Shown one piece after another: positions 40,490 to 52,400 of a stretch of DNA of 64,000 nucleotides. The notes beneath the pieces are model-generated. The model did no database searches and was not told the DNA's origin. It saw nothing but the letters and a program-made list of their open reading frames with translations. The stretch spans positions 12,524,001 to 12,588,000 of the forward strand of contig OZ024740.1 of NCBI GenBank assembly GCA_964016885.1, read 5' to 3'. Within the stretch, counting starts at the first letter, position 1, and each line of letters begins with the position of its first letter. The stretch is from Eledone cirrhosa. Taxonomy: Eukaryota. The position numbers were made by a program, and so were the translations under genes.

Positions 40490-43400
40490 AGTCTAATGTC
40501 TCTAGTCTAATGTCTTGTCTCTAGTCTAATGTCTCTAGTCTAATGTCTTGTCTCTAGTCTAATGTCTCTAGTCTAATGTCTTGTCTCTAGTCTAATATCT
40601 TGTCTCTAGTCTAATGTCTCTAGTCTAATGTCTTGTCTCTAATCTAATATCTTGTCTCTAGTCTAATGTCTCTAGTCTAATGTCTTGTCTCTAGTCTAAT
40701 GTCTCTAGTCTAATGTCTTGTCTCTAGTCTAATGTCTCTAGTCTAATGTCTTGTCTCTAGTCTAATATCTTGTTTCTAGTCTAATGTCTCTAGTCTAATG
40801 TCTTGTCTCTAGTCTAATGTCTCTAGTCTAATGTCTTGTCTCTAGTCTAATGTCTTGTCTCTAGTCTAATGTCTCTAGTCTAATATCTTGTCTCTAGTCT
40901 AATGTCTCTTGTCTAATGTCTTGTCTCTAGTCTAATGTCTCTAGTCTAATGTCTTGTCTCTAGTCTAATGTCTCTAGTCTAATGTCTTGTCTCTAGTCTA
41001 ATGTCTCTAGTCTAATGTCTTGTCTCTAGTCTAATATCTTGTCTCTAGTCTAATGTCTCTAGTCTAATGTCTTGTCTCTAGTCTAATGACTCTAGTCTAA
41101 TGTCTTGTGTCTAGTCTAATATCTTGTCTCTAGTCTAATGTCTCTAGTCTAATGTCTTGTCTCTAGTCTAACGTCTTGTCTCTAGTCTAATGTCTCTAGT
41201 CAAATGTCTTGTCTCTAGTCTAGTGTCTCTAGTCTAATGTCTTGTCTCTAGTCTAATGTCTTGTCTCTTGTCTAATATCTTGTCTCTAGTCTATTGTCTT
41301 GTCTCTAGTCTAATGTCTCTAGTCTAATGTCTTGTCTCTAGTCTAATGTCTCTAGTCTAATGTCTTGTCTCTAGTCTAATGCCTTGTCTCTAGTCTAATA
41401 TCTTGTCTCTAGTCTAATGTCCTGTCTCTAGTGTAATGTCTCTAGTCTAATGTCTTGTCTCTAGTCTAATGTCTCTAGTCTAATGTCTTGTCTCTAAACT
41501 AATATCTTGTCTCTAGTCTAATGTCTCTAATCTAATGTCTTGTCTCTAGTCTAATGTCTCTAGTCTAATGTCTTGTCTCTAGTCTAATGTCTTGTCTCTA
41601 GTCTAATGTCTTGTCTCTAGTCTAATATCTTGTCACTAGTCTAATGTCTAGTCTCTAGTCTAATGTCTCTAGTCTAATGTCTTGTTAATAGTCTAATGTC
41701 TCTAGTCTAATGTCTTGTCTCTAGTCTAATATCTTGTCTCTAGTCTAATGTCTTGTCTATAGTCTAACGTCTTGTCTCTAGTCTAATGTCTCTAGTGTAA
41801 TGTCTTGTCTCTAGTCTAATGTCTTGTCTCTAGTCTAACGTCTTGTCTCTAGTCTAATGTCTCTAGTCTAATATCTTGTCTCTAGTCTAATATCGTGTCA
41901 CTAGTCTAATGTCTCTAGTCTAATATCTTGTCTCTAGTCTAACGTCTTGTCTCTAGTCTAATGTCTCTAGTCTAATATCTTGTCTCTAGTCTAATGTCTC
42001 TAGTCTAATATCTTGTCACTAGTCTAACGTCTCTAGTCTAATGTCTTGTCTCTAGTCTAATGTCTTGTCTCTAGTCTAATGTCTCTAGTCTAATGTCTTG
42101 TCTCTAGTCTAATATCTTGTCTCTAGTCTAATGTCTTGTCTCTAGTCTAATGTCTCTAGTCTAATGTCTTGTTTCTAGTCTAATGTCTCTAGTCTAATGT
42201 CTTGTCTCTAGTCTAATATCTTGTCTCTAGTCTAATGTCTTGTCTCTAGTCTAATGTCTCTAGTCTAATGTCTTGTCTCTAGTCTAATATTTTGTCTCAA
42301 GTCTAATGTCTTTTCTCTAGGCTAATGTCTCTAGTCTAATGTCTTGTTTCTAGTCTAATGTCTCTAGTCTAATGTATTGTCTCTAGTCTAATATCTTGTC
42401 ACTAGTCTAATGTCTCTAGTCTAATGTCTTGTCTCTAGTCTAATGTCTCTAGTCTAATGTCTTGTCTCTAGTCTAATATCTTGTCTCTAGTCTAATGTCT
42501 CTAGTCTAATGTCTTGTCTCTAGTCTAATATCTTGTGTCTAGTCTAATGTCTTGTCTCTAGTCTAATGTCTCTAGTCTAATGTCTTGTCTCTAGTCTAAT
42601 GTCTCTAGTCTAACGTCTTGTCTCTAGTCTAATATCTTGTCTCTAGTCTAATGTCTCTAGTCTAATGTCTCTAGTCTAAAGTCTTGTCTCTAGTCTAATA
42701 TCTTTTCTCTAGTCTAATGTCTCTAGTCTAATGTCTTGTCTCTAGTCTAATGTCTCTAGTCTAATGTCTTGTCTCTAGTCTAATGTCTCTAGTCTAATGT
42801 CTTGTCTCTAGTCTAATATCTTGTCTCTAGTCTAATGTCTCTAGTCTAATGTCTTGTCTCTAGTTTAATGTCTCTAGTCTAATGTCATGTCTCTAGTTTA
42901 ATGTCTCTAGTCTAATATCTTGTCTCTAGTCTAATGTCTCTAGTCTAATGTCTTGCCTCTAGTCTAATGTCTCTAGTCTAATGTCTTGTCTCTAGTCTAA
43001 TGTCTCTAGTCTAATGTCTTGTCTCTAGTCTAATATCTTGTCACTAGTCTAATGTCTCTAGTCTAATGTCTTGTCTCTAGTCTAATATCTTGTCTCTAGT
43101 CTAATGTCTCTAGTCTAATGTCTTGTCTCTAGTCTAATATCTTGTCTCTAGTCTAATGTCCTGTCTCTAGTCTAATGTCTCTAGTCTAATGTCTTGTCTC
43201 TAGTCTAATATTTTGTCTCAAGTCTAATGTCTTTTCTCTAGGCTAATGTCTCTAGTCTAATGTCTTGTTTCTAGTCTAATGTCTCTAGTCTAATGTATTG
43301 TCTCTAGTCTAATATCTTGTCACTAGTCTAATGTCTCTAGTCTAATGTCTTGTCTCTAGTCTAATGTCTCTAGTCTAATGTCTTGTCTCTAGTCTAATAT

Positions 43401-46400
43401 CTTGTCTCTAGTCTAATGTCTCTAGTCTAATGTCTTGTCTCTAGTCTAATATCTTGTGTCTAGTCTAATGTCTTGTCTCTAGTCTAATGTCTCTAGTCTA
43501 ATGTCTTGTCTCTAGTCTAATGTCTCTAGTCTAACGTCTTGTCTCTAGTCTAATATCTTGTCTCTAGTCTAATGTCTCTAGTCTAATGTCTCTAGTCTAA
43601 AGTCTTGTCTCTAGTCTAATATCTTTTCTCTAGTCTAATGTCTCTAGTCTAATGTCTTGTCTCTAGTCTAATGTCTCTAGTCTAATGTCTTGTCTCTAGT
43701 CTAATATCTTGTCTCTAGTCTAATGTCTCTAGTCTAATGTCTTGTCTCTAGTTTAATGTCTCTAGTCTAATGTCATGTCTCTAGTTTAATGTCTCTAGTC
43801 TAATATCTTGTCTCTAGTCTAATGTCTCTAGTCTAATGTCTTGCCTCTAGTCTAATGTCTCTAGTCTAATGTCTTGTCTCTAGTCTAATGTCTCTAGTCT
43901 AATGTCTTGTCTCTAGTCTAATATCTTGTCACTAGTCTAATGTCTCTAGTCTAATGTCTTGTCTCTAGTCTAATATCTTGTCTCTAGTCTAATGTCTCTA
44001 GTCTAATGTCTTGTCTCTAGTCTAATATCTTGTCTCTAGTCTAATGTCCTGTCTCTAGTCTAATGTCTCTAGTCTAATGTCTTGTCTCTAGTCTAATGTC
44101 TCTAGTCTAATGTCTTGTCTCTAGTCTAATATCTTGTCTCTAGTCTAATGTCTCTAATCTAATGTCTTGTCTCTAGTCTAATGTCTCTAGTCTAATGTCT
44201 TGTCTCTAGTCTAATGTTTTGTCTCTAGTCTAATGTCTTGTCTCTAGTCTAATATCTTGTCTCTAGTCTAATGTCTTGTCTCTAGTCTAATGTCTCTAGT
44301 CTAATGTCTTGTTTCTAGTCTAATGTCTCTAGTCTAATGTCTTGTCTCTAGTCTAATATCTTGTCTCTAGTCTAATGTCTTGTCTCTAGTCTAATGTCTC
44401 TAGTCTAATGTCTTGTCTCTAGTCTAACGTCTTGTCTCTAGTCTAATGTCTCTAGTGTAATGTCTTGTCTCTAGTCTAATGTCATGTCTCTAGTCTAACG
44501 TCTTGTCTCTAGTCTAATGTCTCTAGTCTAATATCTTGTCTCTAGTCTAATGTCTCTAGTCTAATATCGTGTCACTAGTCTAATGTCTCTAGTCTAATAT
44601 CTTGTCTCTACTCTAACGTCTTGTCTCTAGTCTAATGTCTCTAGTCTAATATCTTGTCTCTAGTCTAATGTCTCTAGTCTAATATCTTGTCACTAGTCTA
44701 ATGTCTCTAGTATAATGTCTTGTCTCTAGTCTAATGTCTTGTCTCTAGTCTAATATCTTGTCTCTAGACTAATGTCTTGTCTCTAGTCTAATGTCTCTAG
44801 TCTAATGTCTTGTTTCTAGTCTAACGTCTCTAGTCTAATGTCTTGTCTCTAGTCTAATATCTTGTCTCTAGTCTAATGTCTTGTCTCTAGTCTAATGTCT
44901 CTAGTCTAACGTCTTGTCTCTAGTCTAATATCTTGTCTCTAGTCTAATGTCTTTTCTCTAGTCTAATGTCTCTAGTCTAATCTCTTGTTTCTAGTCTAAT
45001 GTCTCTAGTCTAATGTCTTGTCTCTAGTCTAATATCTTGTCTCTAGTCTAATGTCTCTAGTCTAATGTCTTGTCTCTAGTCTAATGTCTCTAGTCTAATG
45101 TCTTGTCTCTAGTCTAATATCTTGTCTCTAGTCTAATGTCTCTAGTCTAATGTCTTGTCTCTAGTCTAATATCTTGTGTCTAGTCTAATGTCTTGTCTCT
45201 AGTCTAATGTCTCTAGTCTAATGTCTTGTCTCTAGTCTAATGTCTCTAGTCTAACGTCTTGTCTCTAGTCTAATATCTTGTCTCTAGTCTAATGTCTCTA
45301 GTCTAATGTCTCGAGTCTAAACTCTTGTCTCTAGTCTAATATCTTGTCTCTAGTCTAATGTCTCTAGTCTAATGTCTTGTCTCTAGTCTAATGTCTCTAG
45401 TCTAATGTCTTGTCTCTAGTCTAATATCTTGTCTCTAGTCTAATGTCTCTAGTCTAATGTCTTGTCTCTAGTCTAATGTCTCTAGTCTAATGTCTTGTCT
45501 CTAGTCTAATGTCTCTAGTCTAATATCTTGTCTCTCGTCTAATGTCTCTAGTCTAATGTCTTGTCTCTAGTCTAATATCTCTAGTCTAATGTCTTGACTC
45601 TAGTCTAATGTCTCTAGTCTAATGTCTTGTCTCTAGTCTAATATCTTGTCACTAGTCTAATGTCTCTAGTCTAATGTCTTGTCTCTAGTCTAATATCTTG
45701 TATCTAGTCTAATGTCTCTAGTCTAATGTCTTGTCTCTAGTCTAATATCTTGTCTCTAGTCTAATGTCTCTAGTCTAATGTCTTGTGTCTAGTCTAATGT
45801 CTTGTCTCTAGTCTAATGTCTCTAGACTAATGTCTCTAGTCTAATGTCTTGTCTCTAGTCTAACGTCTTGTCTCTAGTCTAATGTCTCTAGTCTAATGTC
45901 TTGTCTCTAGTCTAATGTCTCTAGTCTAATGTCTCTTCTCTAGTCTAATGTCTTGTCTCTAGTCTAATATCTTGACTCTAGTCTAATGTCTTGTCTCTAG
46001 TCTAATGTCTCTAGTCTAATGTCTTGTCTCTAGTCTAATGTCTCTAGTCTAATGTCTTGTCTCTAGTCTAATGTCTTGTCTCTAGTCTAATATCTTGTCT
46101 CTAGTCTAATGTCTTGTCTCTAGTCTAATGTCTCTAGTCTAATGTCTCTAGTCTAATGTTTTGTCTCTAGTCTAACGTCTTGTCTCTAGTCTAATATCTC
46201 TAGTCTAATGTCTTGTCTCTAGTCTAATATCTTGTCTCTAGTCTAATGTCTCTAGTCTAATGTCTTGTCTCTAGTCTAATGACTCTAGTCTAATGTCTTG
46301 TGTCTAGTTTAATATTTTGTCTCTAGTCTAATGTCTCTAGTCTAATGTCTTGTCTCTAGTCTAACGTCTTGTCTCTAGTCTAATGTCTCTAGTCAAATGT

Positions 46401-49400
46401 CTTGTCTCTAGTCTAGTGTCTTTAGTCTAATGTCTTGTCTCTAGTCTAATGTCTTGTCTCTAGTCTAATATCTTGTCTCTAGTCTAATGTCTTGTCTCTA
46501 GTCTAATGTCTCTAGTCTAATGTCTTGTCTCTAGTCTAATGTCTCTAGTCTAATGTATTGTCTCTAGTCTAATGCCTTGTCTCTAGTCTAATATCTTGTC
46601 TCTAGTCTAATGTCCTGTCTCTAGTGTAATGTCTCTAGTCTAATGTCTTGTCTCTAGTCTAATGTCTCTAGTCTAATGTCTTGTCTCTAGACTAATATCT
46701 TGTCTCTAGTCTAATGTCTCTAATCTAATGTCTTGTCTCTAGTCTAATGTCTCTAGTCTAATGTCTTGTCTCTAGTCTAATGTCTTGTCTCTAGTCTAAT
46801 GTCTTGTCTCTAGTCTAATATCTTGTCTCTAGTCTAATGTCTAGTCTCTAGTCTAATGTCTCTAGTCTAATGTCTTGTTAATAGTCTAATGTCTCTAGTC
46901 TAATGTCTTGTCTCTAGTCTAATATCTTGTCTCTAGTCTAATGTCTTGTCTCTAGTCTAATGTCTCTAGTCTAATGTCTTGTCTCTAATCTAACGTCTTG
47001 TCTCTAGTCTAATGTCTCTAGTGTAATGTCTTGTCTCTAGTCTAATGTCTTGTCTCTAGTCTAACGTCTTGTCTCTAGTCTAATGTCTCTAGTCTAATAT
47101 CTTGTCTCTAGTCTAATGTCTCTAGTCTAATATCGTGTCACTAGTCTAATGTCTCTAGTCTAATATCTTGTCTCTAGTCTAACGTCTTGTCTCTAGTCTA
47201 ATGTCTCTAGTCTAATATCTTGTCTCTAGTCTAATGTCTCTAGTCTAATATCTTGTCACTAGTCTAACGTCTCTAGTCTAATGTCTTGTCTCTAGTCTAA
47301 TGTCTTGTCTCTAGTCTAATGTCTCTAGTCTAATGTCTTGTCTCTAGTCTAATATCTTGTCTCTAGTCTAATGTCTTGTCTCTAGTCTAATGTCTCTAGT
47401 CTAATGTCTTGTTTCTAGTCTAATGTCTCTAGTCTAATGTCTTGTCTCTAGTCTAATATCTTGTCTCTAGTCTAATGTCTTGTCTCTAGTCTAATGTCTC
47501 TAGTCTAATGTCTTGTCTCTAGTCTAATATCTTGTCTCAAGTCTAATGTCTTTTCTCTAGGCTAATGTCTCTAGTCTAATGTCTTGTTTCTAGTCTAATC
47601 TCTCTAGTCTAATGTCTTGTCTCTAGTCTAATATCTTGTCTCTAGTCTAATGTCTTGTCTCTAGTCTAATGTCTCTAGTCTAATGTCTCTAGTCTAATGT
47701 CTTGTCTCTAGTCTAATATCTTGTCTCTAGTCTAATGTCTCTAGTCTAATGTCTTGTCTCTAGTCTAATATCTTGTGTCTAGTCTAATGTCTTGTCTCTA
47801 GTCTAATGTCTCTAGTCTAATGTCTTGTCTCTAGTCTAATGTCTCTAGTCTAACGTCTTGTCTCTAGTCTAATATCTTGTCTCTAGTCTAATGTCTCTAG
47901 TCTAATGTCTCTAGTCTAAAGTCTTGTCTCTAGTCTAATATCTTGTCTCTAGTCTAATGTCTCTAGTCTAATGTCTTGTCTCTAGTCTAATGTCTCTAGT
48001 CTAATGTCTTGTCTCTAGTCTAATGTCTCTAGTCTAATGTCTTGTCTCTAGTCTAATATCTTGTCTCTAGTCTAATGTCTCTAGTCTAATGTCTTGTCTC
48101 TAGTCTAATGTCTCTAGTCTAATGTCTTGTCTCTAGTCTAATGTCTCTAGTCTAATATCTTGTCTCTAGTCTAATGTCTCTAGTCTAATGTCTTGCCTCT
48201 AGTCTAATGTCTCTAGTCTAATGTCTTGTCTCTAGTCTAATGTCTCTAGTCTAATGTCTTGTCTCTAGTCTAATATCTTGTCACTAGTCTAATGTCTCTA
48301 GTCTAATGTCTTGTCTCTAGTCTAATATCTTGTCTCTAGTCTAATGTCTCTAGTCTAATGTCTTGTCTCTAGTCTAATATCTTGTCTCTAGTCTAATGTC
48401 CTGTCTCTAGTCTAATGTCTCTAGTCTAATGTCTTGTCTCAAGTCTAATGTCTCTAGTCTAATGTCTTGTCTCTAGTCTAATATCTTGTCTCTAGTCTAA
48501 TGTCTCTAATCTAATGTCTTGTCTCTAGTCTAATGTCTCTAGTCTAATGTCTTGTCTCTAGTCTAATGTCTTGTCTCTAGTCTAATGTCTTGTCTCTAGT
48601 CTAATATCTTGTCTCTAGTCTAATGTCTTGTCTCTAGTCTAATGTCTCTAGTCTAATGTCTTGTTTCTAGTCTAATGTCTCTAGTCTAATGTCTTGTCTC
48701 TAGTCTAATATCTTGTCTCTAGTCTAATGTCTTGTCTCTAGTCTAATGTCTCTAGTCTAATGTCTTGTCTCTAGTCTAACGTCTTGTCTCTAGTCTAATG
48801 TCTCTAGTGTAATGTCTTGTCTCTAGTCTAATGTCTTGTCTCTAGTCTAACGTCTTGTCTCTAGTCTAATGTCTCTAGTCTAATATCTTGTCTCTAGTCT
48901 AATGTCTCTAGTCTAATATCGTGTCACTAGTCTAATGTCTCTAGTCTAATATCTTGTCTCTAGTCTAACGTCTTGTCTCTAGTCTAATGTCTCTAGTCTA
49001 ATATCTTGTCTCTAGTCTAATGTCTCTAGTCTAATATCTTGTCACTAGTCTAATGTCTCTAGTCTAATGTCTTGTCTCTAGTCTAATGTCTTGTCTCTAG
49101 TCTAATGTCTCTAGTCTAATGTCTTGTCTCTAGTCTAATATCTTGTCTCTATTCTAATGTCTTGTCTCTAGTCTAATGTCTCTAGTCTAATGTCTTGTTT
49201 CTAGTGAAATGTCTCTAGTCTAATGTCTTGTCTCTAGTCTAATATCTTGTCTCTAGTCTAATGTCTTGTCTCTAGTCTAATGTCTCTAGTCTAATGTCTT
49301 GTCTCTAGTCTAATATCTTGTCTCTAGTCTAATGTCTTTTCTCTAGTCTAATGTCTCTAGTCTAATGTCTTGTTTCTAGTCTAATGTCTCTAGTCTAATG

Positions 49401-52400
49401 TCTTGTCTCTAGTCTAATATCTTGTCTCTAGTCTAATGTCTCTAGTCTAATGTCTTGTCTCTAGTCTAATGTCTCTAGTCTAATGTCTTGTCTCTAGTCT
49501 AATATCTTGTCTCTAGTCTAATGTCTCTAGTCTAATGTCTTGTCTCTAGTCTAATATCTTGTGTCTAGTCTAATGTCTTGTCTCTAGTCTAATGTCTCTA
49601 GTCTAATGTCTTGTCTCTAGTCTAATGTCTCTAGTCTAACGTCTTGTCTCTAGTCTAATATCTTGTCTCTAGTCTAATGTCTCTAGTCTAATGTCTCGAG
49701 TCTAAAGTCTTGTCTCTAGTCTAATATCTTGTCTCTAGTCTAATGTCTCTAGTCTAATGTATTGTCTCTAGTCTAATGTCTCTAGTCTAATGTCTTGTCT
49801 CTAGTCTAATGTCTCCAGTCTAATGTCTTGTCTCTAGTCTAATATCTTGTCTCTAGTCTAATGTCTCTAGTCTAATGTCTTGTCTCTAGTCTAATGTCTC
49901 TAGTCTAATGTCTTGTCTCTAGTCTAATGTCTCTAGTCTAATATCTTGTCTCTAGTCTAATGTCTCTAGTCTAATGTCTTGTCTCTAGTCTAATGTCTCT
50001 AGTCTAATGTCTTGACTCTAGTCTAATGTCTCTAGTCTAATGTCTTGTCTCTAGTCTAATATCTTGTCACTAGTCTAATGTCTCTAGTCTAATGTCTTGT
50101 CTCTAGTCTAATATCTTGTCTCTAGTCTAATGTCTCTAGTCTAATGTCTTGTCTCTAGTCTAATATCTTGTCTCTAGTCTAATGTCTCTAGTCTAATGTC
50201 TTGTGTCTAGTCTAATGTCTTGTTTCTAGTCTAATATCTCTAGTCTAATGTCTCTAGTCTAATGTCTTGTCTCTAGTCTAATGTCTTGTCTCTAGTCTAA
50301 TGTCTTGTCTCTAGTCTAATATCTTGACTCTAGTCTAATGTCTTGTCTCTAGTCTAATGTCTCTAGTCAAATGTCTTGTCTCTAGTCTAATGTCTCTAGT
50401 CTAATGTCTTGTCTCTAGTCTAATGTCTTGTCTCTAGTCTAATATCTTGTCTCTAGTCTAATGTCTTGTCTCTAGTCTAATGTCTCTAGTCTAATGTCTT
50501 GTCTCTAGATTAACGTCTTGTCTCTAGTCTAATGTCTCTAGTCTAATGTCTCTAGTGTAATGTCTTGTCTCTAGTCTAATGTCTTGTCTCTAATCTAATG
50601 TCTTGTCTCTAGTCTAATGTCTCTAGTCTAATGTCTTGTCTCTAGTCTAATATCTTGTGTCTAGTCTAATGTCTAGTCTCTAGTCTAATGTCTCTAGTCT
50701 AATGTCTTGTTTCTAGTCTAATGTCTCTTGTCTAATGTCTTGTCTCTAGTCTAATATCATGTCTCTAATCTAATGTCTTGTCTCTAGTCTAATGTCTCTA
50801 GTCTAATGTCTTGTCTCTAGTCTAACGTCTTGTCTCTAGTCTAATGTCTCTAGTGTAATGTCTTGTCTCTAGTCTAATGTCTTGTCTCTAGTCTAACGTC
50901 TTGTCTCTAGTCTAATGTCTCTAGTCTAATATCTTGTCTCTAGTCTAATGTCTCTAGTCTATTATCGTGTCACTAGTCTAATGTCTCTAGTCTAATATCT
51001 TGTCTCTAGTCTAACGTCTTGTCTCTAGTCTAATGTCTCTAGTCTAATATCTTGTCTCTAGTCTAATGTCTCTAGTCTAATATCTTGTCACTAGTCTAAT
51101 GTCTCTAGTCTAATGTCTTGTCTCTAATATAATGTCTTGTCTCTAGTCTAATGTCTCTAGTCTAATGTCTTGTCTCTAGTCTAATATCTTGTCTCTAGTC
51201 TAATGCCTTGTCTCTAGTCTAATATCTTGTCTCTAGTCTAATGTCTTGTCTCTAGTCTAATGTCTCTAGTCTAATGTCTTGTCTCTAGTCTAATGTCTCT
51301 AGTCTAATGTCTTGTTTCTAGTCTAATGTCTCTAGTCTAATGTCTTGTCTCTAGTCTAATATCTTGTCTCTAGTCTAATGTCTCTAGTCTAATGTCTTGT
51401 CTCTAGTCTAATGTCTCTTATCTAATGTCTTGTCTCTAGTCTAATACCTTGTCTCTAGTCTAATGTCTCTAGTCTAATGTCTTGTCTCTAGTCTAATATC
51501 TTGTCTCTAGTCTAATGTCTCTAGTCTAATGTCTCTAGTCTAATGTCTTGTCTCTAGTCTAATGTCTCTAGTCTAATGTCTTGTCTCTAGTCTAATGTCT
51601 CTAGTCTAATGTCTTGTCTCTAGTCTAATATCTTGTCTCTAGTCTAATGTCTCTAGTCTAATGTCTTGTCTCTGGTCTAATGTCTCTAGTCTAATGTCTT
51701 GTCTCTAGTCTAATGTCTCTAGTCTAATGTCTTGTCTCTAGTCTAATGTCTCTAGTCTAATGTCTTGTCTCTAGTCTAATATCTTGTCTCTAGTCTAAAG
51801 TCTCTAGTCTAATGTCTTGTCTCTAGTCTAATGTCTCTAGTCTAATGTCTTGCCTCTAGTCTAATGTCTTGTCTCTAGTCTAATGTCTCTAGTCTAATAT
51901 CTTGCCTCTAGTCTAATGTCTCTAGTCTAATGTCTTGTCTCTAGTCTAATGTCTCTAGTCTAATGTCTTGTCTCTAGTCTAATGTCTCTAGTCTAATGTC
52001 TTGTCTCTAGTCTAATATCTTGTCTCTAGTCTAATGTCTCTAGTCTAATGTCTTGTCTCTAGTCTAATATCTTGTCTCTAGTCTAATGTCTCTAGTCTAA
52101 TGTCTTGTGACTAGTCTAATGTCTTGTCTCTAGTCTAATGTCTCTAGTCTAATGTCTTGTCTCTAGTCTAACGTCTTGTCTCTAGTCTAATGTCTCTAGT
52201 CTAATGTCTCTAGTCTAATGTCTCTAGTCTAATGTCTTGTCTCTAGTCTAATGTCTCTAGTCTAATGTCTTGTCTCTAGTCTAATGTCTTGTCTCTAGTC
52301 TAATATCTTGACTCTAGTCTAATGTCTTGTCTCTTGTCTAATGTCTCTAGTCTAATGTCTTGTCTCTAGTCTAATGTCTCTAGTCTAATGTCTTGTCTCT

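Noticed and set aside
44705-44720. TATAAT as a -10 or TATA promoter element (also at 55763, ~51128, ~62180)
   Set aside because: It is a single C>A substitution in TCTAAT, with no gene or other promoter context.
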